The notes under the pieces: generated by a model
Seen by the model: only the letters and a program-made list of their open reading frames with translations
Database searches by the model: none
What the model was told of the DNA's origin: nothing
Shown here: one piece after another, positions 49,481 to 58,700 of the stretch
Numbering within the stretch: the first letter of the stretch is position 1
How the letters are laid out: each line of letters starts with the position of its first letter
Made by a program: the position numbers and the translations under genes
NCBI GenBank assembly: GCA_009840945.1
Contig: VXMU01000118.1
Location: 2,454-66,453 of the forward strand
DNA: 64,000 nt
Source of the DNA: Chloroflexota bacterium
Lineage (GTDB): Bacteria; Chloroflexota; Dehalococcoidia; UBA2979
Reading direction: 5' to 3'

Positions 49481-50188
49481 CTACCGGTGCAACTCGTAGG
49501 CGACCGCCGCGGCGTACTCGTCATCGCCAAGATCTTCCACGTGCCAGCTTACTCCCGGCGAGTCGGGTAGCACGACAGTGCCGTCCGTACGACCTTCCCG
49601 CACCGCTCGGGGAATCTCAAAGGCGGTCGGTTCCAGCACCAGGCCGGCGCCGTGGGCCTTGAGCAGCGCCTCCTTCATGGTCCAGAGCCTGAAGAACAGG
49701 TGGAGTCGGGGGGCACCGTCGAGCGCGGCGAGCTCGGCGCGCTCCTCGGGTCCGAACGTGGCGTCGACCAGCAGGTCGAAGTTGCGGTGCTCGACGCGCT
49801 CCTCCACGTCCACGCCCACGCGACCCTCGGCCGCAAGTGCTATCAGGCCGTGCCGGCCGCCGTGGCTGACGTTGAAGCCAACGCGCACCGGCTCGCCCCG
49901 CAACCGGGCGAAGGGCTTCCCGTGTGGCGCGATTCCGAACGAGAGCTGGTCATTGCAGCAGCCGAGGTGGCTGGTGAGCAGGGCGCGCAGCGCGGCGCGG
50001 CACAGCGTGAACTGCCGGCGCGGGCCTGCGTAGGCAAACCCGCGCCGGCGGCGATGCTCGGCCTCGTCCAGCAACGCGAGCGCGGCCGACTCACGCGCCG
50101 AATCCTCGGCGAGGTCGACGTGGAATACGGTGACGCTACCCGATGTCTTCAGCGTCTCCCACCAGGCAGCGGGGACACCTGACGACAC
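49481..50188 (-). CDS. Sfp-type 4'-phosphopantetheinyl transferase
   Basis: 235 aa with FNVSHGG, VGVDVEER and WTMKEALLKAHG. Confidence 0.88.
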   Translation of the reverse strand: MSSGVPAAWWETLKTSGSVTVFHVDLAEDSARESAALALLDEAEHRRRRGFAYAGPRRQFTLCRAALRALLTSHLGCCNDQLSFGIAPHGKPFARLRGEPVRVGFNVSHGGRHGLIALAAEGRVGVDVEERVEHRNFDLLVDATFGPEERAELAALDGAPRLHLFFRLWTMKEALLKAHGAGLVLEPTAFEIPRAVREGRTDGTVVLPDSPGVSWHVEDLGDDEYAAAVAYELHR

Positions 50189-50238
50189 GTTCGCGACTGG
50201 GCTTCGTGACCGATCGTTCGGAGGAACGATGGAAGCGG

Positions 50239-50484
50239 TTAGGCGGCCAGGCCGTCCAGGTGCTCGACCAGGTCTCGCGGGGTCAGGAGCTCGGCGAACT
50301 GCTCGCGCGAGATCTCGACACCGAACTCCTCGTTGACGAGCCGCCAGAAGGCGACGATGTCGGCCGAGGCGACGCCCGCGTCTGCCATGTTGCGGTCGAG
50401 GTCCAGCGCGCCACCGGCGCTGCGCCCCTCGATCTCAATGTTGTCGTCGATGATCTTGACGATGCGCTCTGCCGTCGTTGCCAT
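50239..50484 (-). CDS. Discrete acyl carrier protein (81 aa) with an atypical attachment motif
   Basis: ATG 50484 has GGAG 7 nt upstream. The protein has a four-helix ACP-like pattern: ...NMADAGVASADIVAFWRLVNEEFGVEI... GVAS replaces the usual G(L/I)DS. Confidence 0.7.
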   Translation of the reverse strand: MATTAERIVKIIDDNIEIEGRSAGGALDLDRNMADAGVASADIVAFWRLVNEEFGVEISREQFAELLTPRDLVEHLDGLAA

Positions 50485-50646
50485 ATGCGTACTCCGTTCC
50501 GTGCCCATGCCCATTCTCGTGGATGGCACGATGGTACGTCCGAAGTGACGGCACCAGCAACCGGCATTGCCACGAATGGAACAACGAATGAACTCGTTAT
50601 GATCCGTACGTCGGGCAGCATCGGAGCAGGGAGCAGGTGGGCGGCA

Positions 50647-51447
50647 TCACAGGCCCTCGAACCGTGGCTCGCGGCGCTCCGCGAACGCGCGGAACCCCTC
50701 CCTGGTGTCGCGGCTGGCGAAGAGGCCAAGCTGCGCCGTCCACTCATACTCCAGGTAGTGGATCATCGTTAGTTCCGTCGAACGCTGTAAGAGTCTGCGC
50801 ATGGCCGTGTAGGCGAGCGGTGGGCCGCTCGCTATCTTCCGCGCATACGCCAGCGCCTCGTCCAGGAGCTGGTCGTCGGGCACGACACGGTTGGCCAGGC
50901 CCAGCTCCAGGCACCGTTCGGCGCTCACCGGGTCGCCGTCGTAGAGCAGTTCGTGAGCGCGACCCAGGCCGACGATCTGCTGGAGTCGGTAGGCGGCGCC
51001 GAAGTCAGACGCGAGACCGCGTTTGATGAAGATCGATCCCATCCTGGCCGTCTCTGCCATCAGCCGAACGTCGCAGCAGAGCGCGAGGCTGAAGCCACCT
51101 CCGGCCGCCATGCCGTTGACGGCCCCGATGACGGGCACGTCTGATTCCGAGAAGGCCACGGCCACCCGTGTCGACCAACCGCGGCGGTCGAGTCGCTCTT
51201 CACGGGTCCGCACGAACGTGGCGACGGTGAGTCGGCCGCTCTCGCCTATCTCGGCGCCCGCGCAGAACGCGTCCCCCGCCCCGGTGAGCACAAGGGCGTT
51301 GACGTCTTCGCGCTCGTTGGCCTCGGCAAGCGCCTCAACCAGGAGCTGCAGCATCTCCAGGTCCATGGTGTTCATGGCGTCCGGGCGGTTCAGGGTCACA
51401 AGCATGACGCCATCGTCCACGCTCGTGAGGACAGCAGGGTCGGACAT
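50647..51447 (-). CDS. Enoyl-CoA hydratase/isomerase (crotonase) family protein
   Basis: ATG 51447 (MSDPAVLTSVDDGVMLVTLNRPDAMN) with a GGGAG RBS. Oxyanion-hole motifs are LTGAGDAFCAGAEI and NGMAAGGGFSLAL. Confidence 0.88.
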   Translation of the reverse strand: MSDPAVLTSVDDGVMLVTLNRPDAMNTMDLEMLQLLVEALAEANEREDVNALVLTGAGDAFCAGAEIGESGRLTVATFVRTREERLDRRGWSTRVAVAFSESDVPVIGAVNGMAAGGGFSLALCCDVRLMAETARMGSIFIKRGLASDFGAAYRLQQIVGLGRAHELLYDGDPVSAERCLELGLANRVVPDDQLLDEALAYARKIASGPPLAYTAMRRLLQRSTELTMIHYLEYEWTAQLGLFASRDTREGFRAFAERREPRFEGL

Positions 51448-51647
51448 GCGCACTCCCAACTGCTGGTGCTGCGTGAGTGGACCAGACGTTAGCACGACTC
51501 CCACAGCGGTCGTCGTGGTGGGGTGCGATACTCCCGGCTCAAGCCATGCCCCGGGATGGCGCGGCGCGTCGAGCTCCGGGCGGCGGTCCAGACTCAGGCC
51601 GATCTACGCTGCGCGCAGGGCGAAGCGAGGATTCAGGAGCACGGGTC

Positions 51648-52538
51648 ATGTGGCAAGTGCCCGAACCCCTCTCAACGGTGGACGTAGCCGTGGACGAGGA
51701 CACCACCATCGTCCTGCGTCGCCACGGGAATCCCGACGGGCCCCGCCTGGTGCTGAGCCACGGGCTGGGCCTGGCGGTTGACCTCTACTATCCGTTCTGG
51801 TCGCAGCTCACCGCGCAGTTCGACCTGTTCGTCTACGACATGCGGAACCACGGCCAGAACCCGCTCGGGCCGCTTGCCGCGCACACCTTGCCCTCGCTTG
51901 CCCGGGATCACGACCTGGTGCTCGAGGCGGTCGATCGTCACTTCGGTGCGAAACCAAAGGTGGGCGTATGCCACTCCGTCGGAGCGCTCGCGATGCTCCT
52001 GTCACCCAGCAGCGGTGCCGGGCTCTCGGCGCTGGTCCTCTACGACCCGCCCATCAGGAAGCCCAACGTCGACCGCGACGCGTACGACGACGCAGGCGCG
52101 CAACTCGCTGACTCGGCCCGGCGGCGTAGGGAGTGGTTCCCCACAAGAGAGCAATTCATCGAGAGCGCGAACTCCGCTCAGACCTTCGCGCGCGTCGTCC
52201 CCGGGGTGGTTGAATTGCTCGCGGATACTACATTGCGCGACGACCCCGAGGGCGAGGGGTACGTGCTGCGATGTCCCTCGTCGTACGAGGCGCAGATCAT
52301 CGAGTACGGGCGCGTTTTCGTTTCGGTGGTGGACCTGTCTTCGTACCGCTGCCCGATCAAGGTCATCGGCGCGGACCCGACGCTCCCGTTCTCGTATCTC
52401 CCCACGTTCGACCTCCACGAGATGGTGGAGGTCGACTACGACTTCCTGCCCGACACCACCCACTTCCTGCAACTGGAACAGCCCGATGAATGCATCGCGC
52501 TGATGCTCGCGTTCCTCGAGCAGCGGGACCTGCTGTAG
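51648..52538 (+). CDS. Alpha/beta hydrolase (paralog 2), divergent from the crotonase gene
   Basis: ATG 51648 has AGGAG 9 nt upstream. MWQVPEPLSTVDV..., nucleophile elbow GVCHSVGA and DTTHFLQLEQP. Confidence 0.8.
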   Translation: MWQVPEPLSTVDVAVDEDTTIVLRRHGNPDGPRLVLSHGLGLAVDLYYPFWSQLTAQFDLFVYDMRNHGQNPLGPLAAHTLPSLARDHDLVLEAVDRHFGAKPKVGVCHSVGALAMLLSPSSGAGLSALVLYDPPIRKPNVDRDAYDDAGAQLADSARRRREWFPTREQFIESANSAQTFARVVPGVVELLADTTLRDDPEGEGYVLRCPSSYEAQIIEYGRVFVSVVDLSSYRCPIKVIGADPTLPFSYLPTFDLHEMVEVDYDFLPDTTHFLQLEQPDECIALMLAFLEQRDLL

Positions 52539-52751
52539 CGGCCGCGACGGCGCCCGCCGCCACGACTGGAAGAGGGCGGAGCCCGGTCCGCAGCAGCGGC
52601 AGCACGTCGTCCGCGAACCTCGTGGCAGCGGCCCCGCCTCGGGCCGTCGGGCCGATGCTATTCGGCATTCCATCGTCCGCGCTATCCGCCACTGAGCGAG
52701 CGAGTAGTCGCTCGTGCGCCCGTCGCCTCTGCACGTCACGGTCGGTGGCCA

Positions 52752-55700
52752 TCAGTTGCCGTCTGTACCGACCCCGGCTGGCTCGTCGCTGCGGACGACG
52801 AGCGGCGTGCCGGCGGGCACGCCCGCGGCGAAGAGCTCGCGGAATGACCGGTTCACGAAGTCGGGCGCGGCGAGGATGTTCGACACCCACGCGCCGCCGT
52901 GGAGGACGTAGATGGCCGTGACGCCGAGGCTTGCCGCGCAGGCATCGAGGTCCCCGACGCTGCCGCCCTCGTAGACCACGAGGCTGAAGCCCTCGGCCAC
53001 TTCGCCACGGAGGCAGGTCGCGAAGGGCTCGGTGACCTCGGGCGCGGGCAGGGCTGGCGTCGCCGGGCCGTCGCTGCGTACGACCAGCGGGGTGAGCGCC
53101 GGGACGCCGTCGGCGAAGAGGGCTCGGAAGGACGCGTTTACGAAGTCGGGCGCGGCGAGGATGTGCGAGACCCACGCGCCCTCGTGCAGCACGTAGAGCG
53201 CCGTGATGTGGCGGCCCTCCGCGCAAGCTACGAGGTCGTCGACGCTCCCGCCCTCGTAGGCCACGAGGCTGAAGCCGACGCTGACCGCGCCGCGCAGGCA
53301 GTCCGCAGGCGGCCCGACCTCACCCAGCGCCACGCGGTAGACGCGCTCGCGGCTGCCGTCCGCCGAGGTCACGGTGACCGCGATCTCATCGAGACCGGCG
53401 AGTGCGACCTGGTGGCCCTCGGCCGCCTCGTCGGCGTCGGCGGGCGTGACGGCCACCGTTGCGCCGTCCCGCACGGCCTCCGCGACGACCGTCGTCGAGG
53501 TGACGCCCGCATCCGCGACGCCTTCGTACTCCCTGCGTGCGGGGTCGAACGTGCCGATGTCGATGCCTTCGAGGGTGAGCGAGGCGAGGCGGGCGTCGAA
53601 GGCGTCCGGCATGTTGTAGCTGTAGACCCGGTCGTCGTTCTCGTCGGCGACGTACATCACCTCGCCCTCCGACCAGATCCCGCGCGGGCTGTTGTTGCCG
53701 ATGCGGCCCAGCTCCACGAAGTCCTCGTCGACGACGCGTTCGAGGGCGGGCGGCTCCTCGGGCGGGCCGTCGGTGGGCAGTGCGGGGAGGCGGTAGGCGT
53801 AGATGCGCTTGGGGTCGTGGTTGGAGACCCAGACCGTGACGCCGTCCGACCAGATGCCGTGCGGGCTCCCGTTCGCGTCGTGCAGTTCGTACTCGCCGAG
53901 GAACTCGCCGCTCGCGAGGTCGTAGGCGAAGAGCCCGTTCTTGCCGCCGTCGAGGACCCACATCACGCCGTCGCCGGCCCAGATGCCGCGCGCGTCGCGG
54001 TTGCGCCTCGTAAGCGCGATGTCGCGCTCCTCGACGCGCGCGCCGGTCGCGAGGCCGTAGGCGAAGAGCTGCTCCTGCCCGCTGTCGGAGACCCATGCCG
54101 TCGCGCCGTCCGACCAGATGCCGCGGGGCGCGCGGTTCGTCTCGTCGAGGGCGAACTCACGCTCCTCGACGCGCTCGGCGGTCGCGAGGTCGTAGGCGTA
54201 GACCCCGTCGTTCGCGCCGCTGCCGTTCTGGGCGACCCAGAGCACCGCGCCGTCGCCCCACAGCCCGGTCGGTTCGCCGTTGCCGGCCGCGAGGAGGTCG
54301 ATGTCGCGCGTGACGTTCCACTCGAAGTCGACGTCGCTCGGGGTGGGGCCCGAGGGGCCCCCGCCCGGCGCCCCGACGAAGAAGCCGCCGCCTCCGCCGA
54401 AGGAGGACCTGGCGACCCTGGCGACGGTGATGATGACGGTCACGGAGTCGTCGGTTACGCCGGACGGGTTGTAGCCGGAGTTGAACCCGTCGTGCACATC
54501 GACGGTGACGTTGTGGGTCTCCTGCACGTCCGGGTCCAGGACGGCCTTCGTCCGGATCTGACCCGTCTCCGGGTCGATCTCGAAGTTGTTGGCGTCGGGG
54601 CCGCTGAGCGAGTAGGTGAGGACGTCGTCCGGGTCGGGGTCGTCTGCCTTCACCGGTGGGCCGACGGACCGTCCGGCCTGCGTCCCCTGGCCGACCGAGC
54701 GTGGCACCTCGGCCTCGTCGAAGGCGGGGGCGGAGTTCGACGAGGGCCTGCTACTGCTCTCCCCGATCCGCGAGTCGAGTTCCGCCGACGCGGACTTGTT
54801 GCCGCCGCGGTTGTCGGAGTAGTCCACGCTCACCCGCAGGTAGCTGCCGACATCGTCGGCGACCGCGGTGTACGAGCTCGAGGTGGCGCCGGCGATGTCG
54901 TGCCAGCTCGAGCGGTTGCTGGACCGCGCCCACTGCCAGGCCTCGCCGGTCACGCCGTCGTCGCCGTCGCTGAGCTCGGCCTCGAACTGCGTCCCATTCC
55001 ACCCGCGCGGCGGCGAGAGGGTGACCACGCCCGCCTCCTCCACGTCCGTCACCGCCACGGTCACGTCGAGGCGTCCCTCGAGGCCGCCGGGGTCGGTCGC
55101 GGTCACGGTGACCGGGAAGCTCGTGTTGCCGTCCTCGTAGTCCGGTGGCGTCGCGAAGTAGAGCTGGCCGCGGTCGGAGATCCAGAAGTCGTTGCTGCTG
55201 ACCGACCACTCGAGGGTGTCGCGCTCGGGGTCGGCGGCCGTGTAGGTGGCGACCGCGGCGCTGCTGTTCTCGGCGATGGACGGCGAGGTGTCGCCGCTGA
55301 CCACCGGCGCCTCGTTCACGTTGGTCACCGAAATCGTCACGGTCCGGGTGGCGTCGACGGCGTCCATGTCGTCGTCGCCGTTCTGGTCGCGGCCGTCGGT
55401 GACCTGCACGGTGACGCGGTACGTCCGCTTGCCCTCGAAGTCCAGGGTCACGTCCTGCGCGAGCCGGATCTGCCCGGTGCCGTCGTCGATGGTGAACGAA
55501 GCGGCGTCCGTCCCGGTGAGCGAGTAGGCGAGGGGGTCGTTGACAGCCGAGTCGCCCGCGTTCAGGTCGGTCGCGGCCACCGGGTCGCCGATCGCGTCGC
55601 CGCCCTGCGCGTCCTCGGGCACGTCGCGCGTGCCGGTCTCCGTCGCCGGGAACGCCGGCGCCGAGTTGACCGGCGGCGGGTCGCCGACGCGCGACGAGAC

Positions 55701-58700
55701 CTCCGAGGCGGTCTTGTTGTCGCCGTGGCCGTCGTTGTAGGAGGCCGTGGCGCGGATGAAGTTGCCGGCGTCGACCAGCGTCGGGGTGTACCTGTCGCTC
55801 GTCGCTCCCACCAGGTTGACCCAGTCCGTGCGGCCGTTGGGCGAGCGGTGCCAGGCCCAGCTGATCGAGCCCGGGACCGGCTCGTCGTCGTCTTCGAGGA
55901 CGGCCGTCACCTCGACGCGGGCCTGGATGGTGGCGGTGAGGGTGGTGAGCGTGACGCTGCCGGGCTCGTCTTCGTTCCCGACGGTGATCGTCACGTCGAT
56001 CGAGTCGTCGATGGCGGCCGAGGTGTTGCCGAGGCCGTCCTTGCCGTCATGCACGTCGACCGTGACCTGGTAGCTGGACTTCGTCTCGAAGTCGAGCGGC
56101 TCCTGCACGCGCAGCTGGCCGGTGCCGGCGACGATGCTGAAGGACGCGGCGTCCGTCCCGCTCAGCAGGTAGGTGAGCCGGTCGTTCTCGGGGTCCTCGG
56201 CGGCTACGGGGTCGCCGATGCTCGTGCCGGCCGAGCTGTTCTCCGGCACGGTTCGCGCGCCGTCCTCGCCGGCGGGGAAGGTCGGCTGCTGGTTCTCGCC
56301 GAAGACGCGCAGCGAGGTGATCCCCTCGGCGCGCTTGCCGCTCCCGCGGTTATCCGTGTAGCCGACGGACGCGCGGAGGAAGAAGCCCGCGTCGGCCAGC
56401 ACCGTGGTGTAGCTGCTCGTGGTCGCGCTGGAGGTCGTGTTGGGGATGTTGGTCCAGCCCGTGCGGCCGTCGCGGGAGCGCGCCCACCGCCAGCTGCGGC
56501 CGCTGATGCTGCCGTCGCCGTCGGCGAGGGTGGCCTGCACCGTCACGCCGACCCCCGGCTCGGGCTCGGAGAGCGTGACCACGCCTTCCTCCTCCACGTC
56601 GAGGACGCGGACCCCGACGGTCGTCGAGGCGTCGACCACGCGCTCGGTCTCGACGGTGCCCTGGTCGTCCCTGCCGTCGCTCACGTTGACGGGCACGAGC
56701 AGCAGCCCCGTCGTGGTCTCGAAGTCCAGCGCCTGCACGGTCCGCAGCTGGCCGGTGGTCGGGTGGATCTCGAAGAGCGCGCCGTCGCCCCCCTCGCCGA
56801 TCGCGAACGTGAGCGGGTCGTTGTCGCGGTCGGTCGCCGTCACGCGGTCGCCGACGTCCACGCCGGCGTCCGTCTCCGGGATGTTCTGTGCGCTGCCCGT
56901 GCGGATGCGAGGCGGCGCGTTGGGGATCGGGTCGGGCGTGATCGCGGCGGTCGCTTCGCTCTCGGCCGACTTCCCCCCGCCCCGGCGGTCCGTGTACGGG
57001 TTCACGATGGCGCGGATCTCGAGGCTCGTCTCGTCCTCGTCCGCGACGTAGGTGTAGGAGCCGAGGCCGGTGTTCGAGTGGATCAGCTGCTGCCACGCGC
57101 CGCCCGACGTCCGCGTCTGGATGACCCAGGCGAACCCGCCCTCGCCGGGAACCTGGGTGAGCACGATGCCGCCGTCCGGGTCGGAGATCGTGAACGTGAC
57201 GCTCTCCCCGACGGCCGGGTTGAGGTTGCTGACGGAGATCGCGCCGTCCTCCTCCACGTCCTGCACGGTCAGCGTGACGTCGTGACGGACGGCGCGGCGG
57301 GTGGGCCCGCTCTGGCGGTCGGTCGCTACGACCGTGTACTGGTAGACGTTGTCGCCGTTCGCGTCGTCCGGGTCCTCGAAGTTGGGTGTCTCCCTGAAGA
57401 CGACGTTGCCGCCGAGGTCGATCTCGAAGTCGAGGCGGTCCGGACCCTCGAGCGACCAGTCGACGAAGCCCTCCTCGTCGCGCGCGGTGTACGAGACGAT
57501 GACCGGGAAGGCGTAGGGAGGCTCCTGGAAGTTCGCGTCCAGGGTTGCGTTGTGCTCGTCGAAGGAGAGGGTGACCGAGGGGCTCCCGGTGAACTCGGGC
57601 TGCTCGTTCACGTCGTCCACCTGGACCAGGAATTCGTCGCCGATCTCCCCGAGCTGCCCGACGTTCTCAGCCGTGTTGTCGGGCGGCGTGTTGGCGTCCC
57701 TGGCCAGGATGATCAGCTCGTAGACGTTGCTGGTGGAGCCCGAGCCGGTCGACTGCTCGAAGTCCGGTAGCTCGGCGAACCGCAGGACGCCCTGGCCGTC
57801 GGCGTTCTTGGTGATCGTGAAGTCGCTGGCGTCGGCGCCGGCGAGCTCCCACGTGATCACCTCGTTCTCCTCGTCGCGGGCGGTGAAGACGGCGACGTCG
57901 TCGATGTCGGCGAGGGCCACGCCCGCGTCGTACTCGATCTCGTTGTAGAGCGCGTTGGGCAGGTCTGTGATCTCCGGCGTCTCGTCGATGTTGGTGACGG
58001 TGACGGCGATCTGGTATGGCCTGATCCTCGATGTGACCCCGGGGGTGTCCCGCAGGCGCATGGTGACCTTGTAGACGTTGTCGCCCTCCGTTTGCCCCGA
58101 CTCGGGGGAGTCTGCGGGCATCTCGTAGTTGGGGCGGTTCTTGAACCGGAGGCGACCGAAGCGGTCGCCAATGGTGGTGACGCTCGAAGCCTCGAGGTCG
58201 CTGGTGTCCAGGCCTGCCAGCGTCTCGTAGAAGATGTCCTGGCCTTCCTCGTCGTGCCCCCGGTACTCGCCGATGAGGGAGTCCCACGAGGCGGCGTCGT
58301 AGGGGATCTCGGCGAAGGTGGGATTGAGGTCGCCCTGGATGAGGACGGGGATCTCGTTGAGGCCCGTCACCGTGACCGTGACCTCGAAGGTGCCGACGCT
58401 GTTGCTCTCGCCCTGCTGGTCGTCCGCCCGCACCTGGATGACGTACTCGTTGTTCCCGTCCATGTCGTCGGGTCGCTCGAAGTCCGGCCGCGCCGTCATC
58501 TCGTCCGTGACCGGGTGGGTGACCGCCGCGATGTCGAACGACAGCACGCCTGTCGAGGCGTTGATGCTGAAGTGCGCCGCGTCGTCGCCGGCCACCGACC
58601 AGCTCACCGTGTCGTTGTCGTCGTCATACGCGGTGAACGTCGCCACCTCGTAGTCCGAGGCCGGGATGTCGCCCGGGACCCGGGAGAAGTCGATCTCCTG

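Noticed and set aside
52899-57770. 1623-aa plus-strand ORF.
   Set aside because: It is antisense to the giant cadherin-repeat gene. Its product is a monotonous Arg/Gly/Val/Asp sequence with no domain signature.
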